DNA from: an uncultured Planctomycetota bacterium | GTDB lineage: Bacteria; Planctomycetota; Planctomycetia; Isosphaerales; Isosphaeraceae | NCBI GenBank assembly: GCA_963737655.1 | Contig: CAVTTN010000002.1 | Coordinates: 5,536,001-5,600,000 of the forward strand | Length of the DNA stretch: 64,000 nucleotides | Reading direction: 5' to 3' | In this document: piece after piece, positions 28,489 to 38,358 of the stretch | Numbering within the stretch: the stretch's first letter is position 1 | Layout: the number at the start of each line of letters is the position of its first letter | Position numbers and translations under genes: made by a program | Notes under the pieces: model-generated | Seen by the model: only the letters and a program-made list of their open reading frames with translations | What the model was told of the DNA's origin: nothing | The model's database searches: none

Positions 28489-30701
28489 TCACGAGGCCGT
28501 CGGGTCTTCCACGCCGAGGTAATCGAGCACCGTTCGGAGCTGGACGATCTCCTTCTTCGCCCCGTCGAGCCTCGCGAGTCAGGGCGTCGATCCTGTCTCG
28601 CGAGGCGGAGGTGATCGGGGTGGGGCCGGTCCCCGAGGGCGGGGCGACCCCGATCGAGGGGCGGAGGATGTCCAGAGAGAACTGGGTGACGGCCAGGGCC
28701 TGGGTCATCTCCTCGATCTGGGCGCGGGCCGCGGCGAGATCGGCGGCCAGCGCGTCGGCCCGGGCGGTTTCGGCCTTCAGAGCCTCGACGGCCGGGCCTG
28801 CCGATCCGGCCGGTTCGTCCGGGTAGTGGGTCGAGAAGTCTCCATCGCCCATCTCGGACAGGCGCCGGATCAGGTCATCCCGTTCGGCCTCGATGGCCCT
28901 CCGATGGCCCCGGGCGACCTCGGCCTCGGCTTTCTCTCGGCGGAGGTCGGCGGCCAGGCCCTCGCGATCGGCCAGGGCCTTCTGGGTCTCGGCCTTCTGG
29001 GCTTCGAGGCGGCCGATCACCACGTCCCGTTCGGTCAGGAGGCGGTCGGCCTCCGCGGCGGCGGCCTGCTCCACGGCGAGGCGGTCGGCCTCGGAGGACT
29101 CCAGCCGGGCCAGCGCCTCGTCGCGCGCGGCTTCCGCGCCCTGGAGCCGCGAGGCCAGGTCGTCGCGCTCGGCCTCGACCCGGGCCAGATGGGCCTCGAA
29201 CATCGGCCACGCGGCATCGGTCTCGCCGATCTGCCGACGGGCCTCGTCGAGCTCGGCCTCGGCCGAGGCGAGGCGGGCGGCCAGGTCGTCGTGGCGGGGG
29301 TGAAGCTCGGCCAGGCGATCGACGAGCGCGTCGTGGGACGCCGTGAGCGAGGCCAGGCGATCGGCCAGGGCGTCGCGATCGGCCAGGAGGGCCGGGCCCT
29401 CTCCGTCTCGACATGAAGGGCGTCGGCCAGGCCCCCGGCGGCGGTCCGATCGCGGAGCAAGTCGTCCTTCTCGGCGAGGAGGGCGAGGGCCGGGCCCGGG
29501 CGTCGTCTCGCTCGCCCAGGGCGGCCCGGATTTCGGCCCGGAGGCCGTCGAGCTCGGCCCGGATCGACCCGGCGGCCCCGTCGGCGGCCAGGGCGGCGGC
29601 CCGGGCCTCCCCGACCTCGATCTCGCGGCGCCGGACCTCTTCGGCCAGCCGGCTCTCGGCCTCGTCGCGGGCGGTCCGGAGGTCCCGTTCGGCCTGCTCG
29701 CGGATCGCGGCGGTTTCCGCGTCCCCGAGCGCCCGAGCGTCGGCCGATCGGGCCGCGAGTTCCTCCCGGACCGCGGCGAGGGCCGCGGTCGCCTCCTCGG
29801 CCTGGCGAGCCCGGGCGTCCCTCTCCTCGATCAGGAGGGAGGCGCGGCCTTCCCACGCCTCCTTCAGCGCCTCGGCCTCCGCCAGCCGATCCCGCCACTC
29901 GGCTTCGGCCTGGGGATTCGGGCGCAGGCCCTCGGCCTCCAGACGGGCGATCTTCAACCGGGCCTCGGCCAGCTCTCGCCCCAACCCCCCTCCGCCCTCG
30001 TCGAAGGCCGTGACCTCGGACTGGTCCCGGGCCCGTCGCAGCTCCTCGCGGAGCCAGTCGCGCTCGGCCCGGAGGTCTACCTGCTCGTCAAAGGCCGTCG
30101 AACCCTCCGGGTCGGTCGCGCCGTCCAGGGTCGCTTCGTGCTCGTCCTCGTCCTCGTCTTGGTCGTCCTCGATCATGGGGAGGTCGGGTTCCGTGCCCCC
30201 GCCTTCGATCCGGGTGGGGGCCGGCACCTCCAGGGATTGGCGGGCGATGGCCTCGGCCTCCTCGGCCCGGGTCAGGGCGGCGTCCCGTTCGGCCTCGAGC
30301 TCCTGGACCCGGGCGTCCAGCGAGATCAGCTCCCCCTGGGCCTCGGTCAGCCGCCGGGTGGCCTCCATCAGGGCGGCGTGGAGCCGGGGATCGGCCTCCA
30401 GAGGCAGGGGGGTCGGCGGCGACGGATCATCCCGGGGCGAGCTCGGCCCGGGACCCACGAGCGACGGCTTCATCTCCGCCGGAAAAATCCGCTCGCAATG
30501 CTTGCAGCGGATCTTCTGGCCGAGGTGCTCGGTCCGCGCCCGGCCATCTCGCCCGCAGGACGGGCAGCAGATCGTCACGTGTTCCGGCACGACGAACGAA
30601 TGGTGGCAATGCCGGCATGCAACCCGACGACCCACGTGAATGGGACGGATCTTCAATTCCCTGGGGCAATTGGGGCAGAGCACCCTGGCGAGTTTAGCCA
30701 T
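28489..30701 (-). CDS. Double zinc-ribbon protein with long coiled coil (several apparent frameshifts)
   Basis: CPNC/CRHC/CPSC/CKHC at the N-terminus; E/A/R heptads spread over three ORFs; reconstructed end LDGAKKEIVQLRTVLDYLGVEDPTAS*. Confidence 0.7.
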
Positions 30702-31149
30702 TCGCGGAAGCCCCCTGCCGGCGGCATCGCCCGATCCCTTACCCCGCGCAATTCCGAAGACGCGCGGGACGCTCCAGCCTAACTCGCCCGAATCGGGATC
30801 ACAACACCTCCATCGGATGTCGATCGTTTTTTGTTCGAAACCGGCCCGGAGACCTTGCCCAGCCGTCAACGGCCACGAAAAGCCCCAGGTTCCTCGCCCC
30901 AACGGCCGATACTCCAGGAGGCCGGCCTGCCGAACCGAGGCAGGGCCGGCGCGAGGCGTTCGTTCCGACGGAGCGAAACCCGAATCCGGGCCTGAATTTG
31001 CCATCGGAATTGACGACCGCGCCCGAACACTGAAGAATAAGGGCGAGGGGTCGCCCCACGACCCGGAGGATGGTCCGTCCCGAGACGGCCTCCGGCGCTC
31101 CTTCGCCCTGCCCGCCCGCCGGATTCCCCCCCATGGGACGGCCCGACCG

Positions 31150-33087
31150 ATGAAGAAGACCTTCGCCGTTGTGGTCCTCCTGGCCGCCCTGGGCGTGTTC
31201 CTCAAGCTCTCGGTGAAACCCCCGGCCCACCGCCCGGGCGCCGGGACCGAGGTTCGCGACCCGATCGCCGATCGCGATTCCGGGCCCGACCCGAAGGCCG
31301 CCCTCGCCGCGAAATATCCCGAGGATCGCGACCTCGTCGCCCGGACCTACGACCGATACCGCCAGACCGCCCTGGCCATCGAGAGGACCGACGGCCTCCG
31401 CGGCCTGACCCTCCTGGACAAGCTCGACCTGGAGGCCGTTTACCTCTACGAGAAGCACCCCAAGGACTTCCGGCGACTCCGAGACAGCCTCACGGATGCC
31501 GCCGCCGCCGATTTGCTCCTCCACTGGTCCGAATATTTCGGCCTGAAACGGGCCGACGACACCGACCGTGGCTTCCTCGTCGAGGAAATCGCCCGCCTCT
31601 CCCCCTCGCAACGCAAGCTCGCCTCGCGATACCCCAACGCCCTGCCCCTGATCCTGGCCGACCCCACCGGCGTGACCGCCCTGATCGACCGCCTCGACGA
31701 CGACCCCAAGGACCTCGGCGATGCGCTCGTCGTCCTCGACATGGTCAGCCTGGACCGAGGGGCGGCCGATCTCCGTAAAGCGTTGCGGACGCTCGATTCC
31801 CACGGCCCGCTCGCCCTGGAAGCGTTCCGCCTGATGGGGGCCGAGGGGTTCGCCCTGGTCAGCCTGTACGGGCCGATCCTCGACGCCGTGGGCGACGCCC
31901 TCCCGCTCGATCAGGCGCTCATCGCGCTCCGGGTGAACACCGACGACGTCGATCTCCTGCTGGCCGAGCACCCTCCGGAGTTCGTGGCCGACCGCCTCCG
32001 CCACGCGGCGGCAGCCGGCTTGACCGAGGCCGTCTGCGGCCACCCTCACGCCCTGCAATTGACCGTCGAATTCGGCGAGTTGGGAGACCGGGCGCTGGCC
32101 TCGGCCGGGCCCGACTCGGCGGAGGTGGTCTTCAACGACTACGCCGACGCGACCCTCCGCCGCCAGGCCGTGGCGAGCCTGGCCGAGCACGGGCCGATGG
32201 CCCTGGCCATGCTCGATAAGTACGCCGCCGACGCGGACTTCCGCGACGTCCTCCGCCGCTTCGGCCCGGCCGTGATCCCCCCCATCGCCCGGTCCGATTC
32301 CGGCCCGGAGGCCCTCGCCGCCCTCAAGGCCAAGCCGGCCAAGGGGTTCACCGAGGTCCTCGCCGAAGGCGTCCTCTCGGTCTCCGGCGAGAGCGGCCAG
32401 GCCACCATCCGCCAGATCCAGAAAGACGGGCTGGATCGGGTCGCCGAGCTCAATTCCGACGAGGTGGGCTTCGCGCAATTCCTGCCTTTATATGACCTTG
32501 TGCATCTCGGAGGTGTCGTGACCCGGGGCCATTCCCCCACGTCGGGCGAGATGGCCTGGGCGCTGGTGGATGGATGCTTCGTCGTCCTGGACGTGCTGAG
32601 CCTCTCCGCTCTCCAGCCCGAAGCGGCGGCGGCCGTCGAGGCCACGCGATCGGAAGTCAAGGCTGCGACCCGAGAAGGGGCGAAGATCGCCGGTCGCGAG
32701 GCGCTGGAAGACGCCTCGGCCCTCGCCGCCAAGGCCACCGCCCGCCAGGGGGCCGAAGCGGCCGGAGAGAGGCTGGCGAAGTGGTGGGCCGTCCGCGCCG
32801 TGGGGGGGACGTACCGGGTCCTCCGCAAGATGCCCGAAGCCCTCGCCGAGCTGACCCTCCCCCGGATCACCGCCATGGCCCGGACCTTCTGCGCCAAGGC
32901 CGGGCTCCGGCTCAGCGAGTTCGGCCCCAGGCGGTTCCTGGTCGGAGGGGTCGAGAAGCTCGTCTCGATCCCGCCGACGAAGGGCCTGAAATACCTGGGA
33001 GTCCAGGCAGTCCAGGCGACCGTCGGCGTGGTAGCCTTCCACAAGATGGAAGAACACCTGGCGAGCCGCCGCCCCCCCTCGCCCTGA
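31150..33087 (+). CDS. Hypothetical membrane-anchored alpha-helical protein (645 aa)
   Basis: MKKTFAVVVLLAALGVFL anchor; strong GC3 bias; hydrophobic WALVDGCFVVLDVLSL segment. Confidence 0.85.
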   Translation: MKKTFAVVVLLAALGVFLKLSVKPPAHRPGAGTEVRDPIADRDSGPDPKAALAAKYPEDRDLVARTYDRYRQTALAIERTDGLRGLTLLDKLDLEAVYLYEKHPKDFRRLRDSLTDAAAADLLLHWSEYFGLKRADDTDRGFLVEEIARLSPSQRKLASRYPNALPLILADPTGVTALIDRLDDDPKDLGDALVVLDMVSLDRGAADLRKALRTLDSHGPLALEAFRLMGAEGFALVSLYGPILDAVGDALPLDQALIALRVNTDDVDLLLAEHPPEFVADRLRHAAAAGLTEAVCGHPHALQLTVEFGELGDRALASAGPDSAEVVFNDYADATLRRQAVASLAEHGPMALAMLDKYAADADFRDVLRRFGPAVIPPIARSDSGPEALAALKAKPAKGFTEVLAEGVLSVSGESGQATIRQIQKDGLDRVAELNSDEVGFAQFLPLYDLVHLGGVVTRGHSPTSGEMAWALVDGCFVVLDVLSLSALQPEAAAAVEATRSEVKAATREGAKIAGREALEDASALAAKATARQGAEAAGERLAKWWAVRAVGGTYRVLRKMPEALAELTLPRITAMARTFCAKAGLRLSEFGPRRFLVGGVEKLVSIPPTKGLKYLGVQAVQATVGVVAFHKMEEHLASRRPPSP

Positions 33088-33237
33088 GCCTCTGCCGCCT
33101 CGAACCCGCCCCCCTGCCCCAAGATCCGTCGCCCCCGGGCGAATCCCTTGATGGCCCCTCCCGATTGGTCCGAACCCCGGGGCGGCCGAAAGCGAATCAA
33201 TGCGATGAAGACCGCCGAACCCCGAGAGGCCCGACCG

Positions 33238-34194
33238 ATGCGAGTGCGAGACCGGACCGCCCGCCGAGTGCCCCGGGGGATCGTCCTGGGCGTCCTGGCG
33301 ACCCTCTTGATGGCCGGCTCGGCCCGGGCGGGCAAGGTGGCGTGGCTGGACGACGTGGTCCGCCAGGCCGTCCGCGAGGCCGAATCCGGCGGCAAGGCCG
33401 CGGCGAGGGCCGAGGGCCGCTCGGCCTCCCGCCTCTTCGCCCGGGAAGCCGAGGAGGGCCTGGAAGGGCTCGCCCGCCGCTCCGATGACCTCGCCCGAGC
33501 GGCCCGGAAGGTCGAGGAGCCGGCCGAGGTCGCCCTCAAGTCCCGCTTCGCCCGCCTGACCCGGTACGAGCCGGACATGGCCCGGACCTTCGCCTCGCTC
33601 GCCCCGACCGAGAAGCGCCTGGTGGTCGAGATGGGCGAGGTCGCGCAAACCCTCGCCCGCCGCTACCCCGGCCAGGCCGAGGGGATGATCCGCAAGCTCG
33701 GGATCGAGGGGATGTCGGCCGTCCGCGCCTACGGAGACGACGTGGCCGAGGTCCTCGTGAAGGAAGGCCCCGAGGGCGTGGGCGTCCTCCGCAAGACCGG
33801 CCGCAACGGCTGGAAGTTCTACACCGAGCAGGTCTTGAAGCACAAGAAGGCGCTGGCCGCCGCCGGGGTCCTCGGCGTGTTCCTGGCCAACCCCGAGAAG
33901 TTCGTGGACACCGCCGGCCGGGTCACGGCCTACGCCGCCGAGCAGTTCGCCAAGGCGGGCGTGACGCTCGTCGGCTACGCGGGAGAAGGCGCCTCCCGGG
34001 GCCTCGAATCGGCCATCGGCGGAACTCTCGCCAAATACGGGCTGGATTCGGCCCTGGCGAGGAAGATCGGCATGGGCCTGGCGGCCTTCGCCGCCCTGAT
34101 GGCCGCGATGGTCCTCCTCGGCCTGCCCGTCCGCCTCCTGTTCCGGCCATTCCTGTGGCCGATCCGGGCGATCCGGAGGATGAGGGCGGCGTGA
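33238..34194 (+). CDS. Hypothetical exported/membrane protein (alternative start 33205)
   Basis: Signal peptide ending ARA; helical body; C-terminal TM followed by basic tail. Confidence 0.85.
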   Translation: MRVRDRTARRVPRGIVLGVLATLLMAGSARAGKVAWLDDVVRQAVREAESGGKAAARAEGRSASRLFAREAEEGLEGLARRSDDLARAARKVEEPAEVALKSRFARLTRYEPDMARTFASLAPTEKRLVVEMGEVAQTLARRYPGQAEGMIRKLGIEGMSAVRAYGDDVAEVLVKEGPEGVGVLRKTGRNGWKFYTEQVLKHKKALAAAGVLGVFLANPEKFVDTAGRVTAYAAEQFAKAGVTLVGYAGEGASRGLESAIGGTLAKYGLDSALARKIGMGLAAFAALMAAMVLLGLPVRLLFRPFLWPIRAIRRMRAA

Positions 34195-34275
34195 CGATTG
34201 TAGCGCCAGGCGCCATGATCACGACAGCCCCCATTCTCTTGAGAAAAGAATTCTCTGCGTTCTGCGAGAACTCAA

Positions 34276-34605
34276 GTGATTCGATCAGGTCGCCATTTTG
34301 GGATTTTGGGACTCCTCCTCATTCTGTTTGCCGGTCCAGGTTTGAGGGCAAGTGGGCCTCCAAGGCGCCTACCTCTGGTCCAGGCTCGCATCATTACAAA
34401 GGATGAGGCGATCTCGATCGCCAAGGATTATCTGGTCAAGAAAGGTCGATTGCCGAAAACCTATACGAATATTGAGGCACGATGGAGTGAAGAACGCATG
34501 ATTTGGATCGTAATTTTCTCAAGGGTCCCTATCGGTCCGGGACGCTATAAAACCGTCTATGTTGATGCCGAGGGGGAGCCAAGAATGGGCCCCAGGGCCA
34601 GGTGA
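34276..34605 (+). CDS. Small low-GC exported hypothetical protein
   Basis: Hydrophobic N-terminus; ITKDEAISIAKDYL...WIVIF...VYVDAEG (PepSY/NTF2-immunity-like pattern). Confidence 0.5.
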   Translation: MIRSGRHFGILGLLLILFAGPGLRASGPPRRLPLVQARIITKDEAISIAKDYLVKKGRLPKTYTNIEARWSEERMIWIVIFSRVPIGPGRYKTVYVDAEGEPRMGPRAR

Positions 34606-34811
34606 TCCGGGCACGGCAGAAAAGGTCCCATCTCATCGGAAAAACGATGGGACAGGGAGTTCTGTAGGAAAACACCCCGTGAGCATCTGACGAAGGACCG
34701 TTTCGACGCGGTGCGGTATCGGACGCGGGCTGAGGTGGGGAAGGAGATTCAAAGACGTTTCTGACGTTCGGGACGTAGTTGATGGGGAGGCGCAGACCGG
34801 AGGTCGCCTGA

Positions 34812-35288
34812 ATGCGAGCGTTCGACCTGATCGCCCTGGATCGAGAGGATCTCCCCTTCCTCATGCTCGAGGCCAAGGGGAGGGCCATCCCGGCCGATGC
34901 CGAGGGGCCGATCCTCCAGCAGATGTGGGACGACCGGGAGGGTATCCCCTACGGGACGAGGATCCGGTATGGCGTCCTCGCCGATCCGGATACGATCCGT
35001 CTTTATGAATTCCGGGACGGCCGCCCGACCCCCCTTTGCTCCTGGTCGACCCCGAAGATCCTCGGCCATTACGCCCCGGAATTTCCGCAATACCTCCAGG
35101 AGCGGTTCGGGGTCCACGGCGACTACATCGCCGGCCTGATCGGCTCGTGGCTCCGCGACCTCGCGTACAAGTGGAAGGGTCCGACCCCGCCGGGGATCGA
35201 GGACTGGCGGGCCGCGGGGATCCTGTCGAAGATCGAGGGGGGGAACACGTTGAGCGAGGTGCCCATTGGCTTCGACGCTCTACGTTGA
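34812..35288 (+). CDS. Hypothetical protein with D...ExK restriction-endonuclease-like motif
   Basis: GGAGG RBS; FDLIALD...LMLEAKG; WLRDLAYKWK; overlaps the next gene. Confidence 0.7.
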   Translation: MRAFDLIALDREDLPFLMLEAKGRAIPADAEGPILQQMWDDREGIPYGTRIRYGVLADPDTIRLYEFRDGRPTPLCSWSTPKILGHYAPEFPQYLQERFGVHGDYIAGLIGSWLRDLAYKWKGPTPPGIEDWRAAGILSKIEGGNTLSEVPIGFDALR

Positions 35289-35908
35289 GACGAACTTCCC
35301 GATCGCGATCGCCAAGGGTCAGGATCGGGATGCCTCCGAGTTCCTCTTCCATGATCCCGTCCCGGTCCGCCTGGCGATCCCCTCCGTCTGCTTCATGGAG
35401 GCCCTGGTCGTTCGAAGGACCGAATTGAGGCAACGGAATGAATGGGTTCGAGAGCTCGACCTGGAATTGCGCCAGATCCAACGCGACACGACCTCGCCCC
35501 ATGCCCGGCGCCTGAATACGCTCCTGGACGAAACGATCCTGGAAATGTTGGGCCTCCGTCAGGAATTCACGAACCGCCTCGAGAGGACATTCGACCGGCT
35601 AGGCGCCGTCTCTCGATTGATCCCGATGAACGCGGACGTCCTGGGTCGCGCCCTCCAGCTGCCGTACTCCTGGAGAGATCCTGATGATCTCACCGACCAC
35701 CTGATCCTCCATTCGATCCTCTGGGACTCCGAAAGGGCGGAACCGGGCCCGAAAGCGTTCGTGAGCGGGAATACCCGGGATTTCGGGACCGCCAACCCGG
35801 AGGTCCAACGGGCGCTGACCTCGGCCGGCATTCGTTACTTCTCTCGCGTCGGGGACGCCCTGGGCTGGCTGTTCAGCGCCCCGATCCGGAAACTTTGCCT
35901 CTCGGTGA
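35266..35908 (+). CDS. PIN-domain protein (3' end uncertain)
   Basis: LYVETNF, IPSVCFMEA, DLTDHLILHSIL, FVSGNTRDF; domain ends near 35870 but the frame stays open to 36516, suggesting a 3' indel (alternative stops at 35908 or 35945). Confidence 0.75.
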
Positions 35909-35986
35909 GGGTCCGAGGCCCACGGATGCCGGCCCGGATGTCTAGAATTCCCGCGGATACCCCGCGGATGGCTTGGGGCGCAGCAC

Positions 35987-38308
35987 ATGCCCAGGAATCG
36001 CAAGGCCCATCTCGACGCCCTCGAACGCCGGATCACCGGGGCGAAGCGGATCGCGCTGTTCGGCCATCGCGCCGTGGGCAAGACGACCTTGCTGGCCGTC
36101 TTCTATCGCGAGGCGTCCTCCGGCCGGGTCCCGGGCGTCCGCCTGGCCGCCGTCGGGCCGTCGACGGCCGAGTATCTTGCCGCCAAGATCGCCCAGATCG
36201 AGTCCGGCGAGCCTCCGGCCGGCACCCTGGCCGAGACCGAGCTGAACCTCCGGCTCTATCACGGCACCGACCGGCTCGACCTGATCGTCAAGGATTACCA
36301 GGGCGAGCACGTCGGGCTCGGCTCCGAGGCGCCGATCCGCGAGTTCTTCGCCGATTGCGACGCCGTCCTCCTCTGCCTCGACCCCGAAGCCACCGACGCC
36401 CCCGCCGACCGCCGCCGCCGTCAGCAGGAAGTCGAGGACCTGCTGGAGCGCTACATCGAGCGCTCGGAGGACGGCACCCTCGGCCGGCCGATCGCCCTCC
36501 TCGTCACCAAGTATGATCGCGTGCTCGATCGAGGCGGTCCCGGGCCCGAGAAGGTGGACGCATACGTCGATTCCCGGTACGGGATGACTCGCCACGCCCT
36601 CGCCGGCCATGCCCCGCACTCGGCCATCTTCGCCGTGAGCGCCTACGGCCGAGGCGCCGGAGGCGACGGCCGCCCTCCGGCCGAGCTCCACCCGATGGGC
36701 CTGGAAGGCCCCCTGGGATGGCTCGCCGACGAGCTGGAGGCCGCCGATCGCGAGGCGATCGACTGGCTCTGGGACCTCGCCCCCGACGACCTGCCCCGGC
36801 TCTCCCGATGCGTGAAGGCGTTCGAGCGCCGCTATCCCCGGTCCGACTCCGCCATCACCTTCCGCCGCAAGCTCTCGGCCATGAAGGGGACGCGGGGACG
36901 GCGGACGCTCCTGAAGCTCACGGCGCTCGCCGGACTGGCCTTCGGGGCCGTCGCCGGCTACGACGTCCTCGGCTTCCGCCAGGCCGTGGTCTTCGAGAAA
37001 GACGGCAACCCCGCGGCGGCCGTCGAGCGGAAGTGGTCCGAGTTCCTCCGGTGGCACCCGTCGCATCCGTATCTCTTTCCTCATGAAGCCCGGTTGGCGC
37101 GCTCGCATCGCGAGGAATGGGCCCTGAAGGCCGAGGGGGACCGCCTGGCCGCCGGGTTGGAGCGCCCGGACCTCGCCCGGGAGATCCGCGAGAAGAAGGT
37201 GGAGTCGCCCGAGCTCGCCCCGACGATCGCGAAGGTCGAGGACGCGCTGGCGAAGCAGGAGCACGACCGCGCCTGGGGCGACCTCCGCGTGGCCGACCCC
37301 GTCGCCATCGACGACCCCGACGCCCACCTCGCCCGCGCCCAGGCGTTCCTCCGCAAGTACCCCGACACCACCCACAAGGACGAGGCCGTCCGCCTGATCC
37401 GCACCCTGCAGACCAAGATCGACGCCCGCCGGGACCAGGACGACCGCCAGGCGATCGACGCGCTGGCGCGGGCCTCGGAGGTCCCCGGCACCCCACTTCG
37501 CGACCTGATCGACCGCGCCGAGGCGTTCCTGGCCGACCGCCCCGGCAGCCGCTATCGCGAGGAGGTCCGCGAGCGGCTGGCCGACTACGTCCACCGCCTC
37601 GACCTGGCCGACATCGGCAAGGCCCGCGACTTCTCCCGGGAACAGCCGACGAACTTCGCCGTCCGAAGGCAGAGATATCTCGACTACTTGAAGGACCACG
37701 CCACCGGGGGCCGCTTCATCTCCGAGGCCCACGAGGCGCTCGACCGGATCGACCGCGAGCGGGACATCTACAGCTACCGGCTCGCCTACGACCACTTCAT
37801 CGCCCACCCGGAGGACGTCCCGGCCGTCGCGGCGAAGCTCCGCTCCTACCTCGACGCCAACCCCGACGGCCGGTTCGCGAAGGACGCGAAAACCTTCGTC
37901 GGATGGTGGGACAAGGCCCACGTCACCGGCGAATATCACGTGGTGTTGAGGCGAGGCGAGGTCGAGCCCGACGTCGGCAAGTACTTCTCCGGAGGCGCCC
38001 CCGACCTGAGCGTCGAGCTGTGGGTCGCCGGGGTGAAGTACGGCCCCTCGCCGATCGCGAAGGATACGCACAAGCCGGTCTGGGATTATGAATTTTCTCG
38101 CCCAATCAAGTGGAAATATGGCGAGCCGATCAGCATCCGCATCCTCGACAACGACTGGTCCGCCTCGGGCGTGTTCACCTTCAACACCGCCCCGGGCGAC
38201 AAGCTCGCCATGAAGATGCTCTCCGGGACGCTCCGCCCGAGCAAGGGGGGCAAGACGATGCTCCTCTTCTCCTCCGACTTCGCCGTGCCCTCGCTGACGA
38301 AGCCATGA
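35987..38308 (+). CDS. TRAFAC-class GTPase with TM helix, helical repeats and C-terminal C2-like domain
   Basis: G1 GHRAVGKTT, G3 DYQGE, G4 VTKYD, G5 SAYG; TM LTALAGLAFGAVAG; repeated FL..YP/HP motifs; APDLSV...DTHKPVWD...IRILDND. Confidence 0.85.
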   Translation: MPRNRKAHLDALERRITGAKRIALFGHRAVGKTTLLAVFYREASSGRVPGVRLAAVGPSTAEYLAAKIAQIESGEPPAGTLAETELNLRLYHGTDRLDLIVKDYQGEHVGLGSEAPIREFFADCDAVLLCLDPEATDAPADRRRRQQEVEDLLERYIERSEDGTLGRPIALLVTKYDRVLDRGGPGPEKVDAYVDSRYGMTRHALAGHAPHSAIFAVSAYGRGAGGDGRPPAELHPMGLEGPLGWLADELEAADREAIDWLWDLAPDDLPRLSRCVKAFERRYPRSDSAITFRRKLSAMKGTRGRRTLLKLTALAGLAFGAVAGYDVLGFRQAVVFEKDGNPAAAVERKWSEFLRWHPSHPYLFPHEARLARSHREEWALKAEGDRLAAGLERPDLAREIREKKVESPELAPTIAKVEDALAKQEHDRAWGDLRVADPVAIDDPDAHLARAQAFLRKYPDTTHKDEAVRLIRTLQTKIDARRDQDDRQAIDALARASEVPGTPLRDLIDRAEAFLADRPGSRYREEVRERLADYVHRLDLADIGKARDFSREQPTNFAVRRQRYLDYLKDHATGGRFISEAHEALDRIDRERDIYSYRLAYDHFIAHPEDVPAVAAKLRSYLDANPDGRFAKDAKTFVGWWDKAHVTGEYHVVLRRGEVEPDVGKYFSGGAPDLSVELWVAGVKYGPSPIAKDTHKPVWDYEFSRPIKWKYGEPISIRILDNDWSASGVFTFNTAPGDKLAMKMLSGTLRPSKGGKTMLLFSSDFAVPSLTKP

Positions 38309-38358
38309 AACGTCGGGGGCTCCGGATGCCCCAGCATGGGGGGTGCATTTCGTCCGCC

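Noticed and set aside
35942..38358. Apparent ~800-aa C-terminal extension of the S41 ORF
   Set aside because: Read-through after a frameshift near 38420 into the antisense of the GTPase gene; the likely true stop is at 38359
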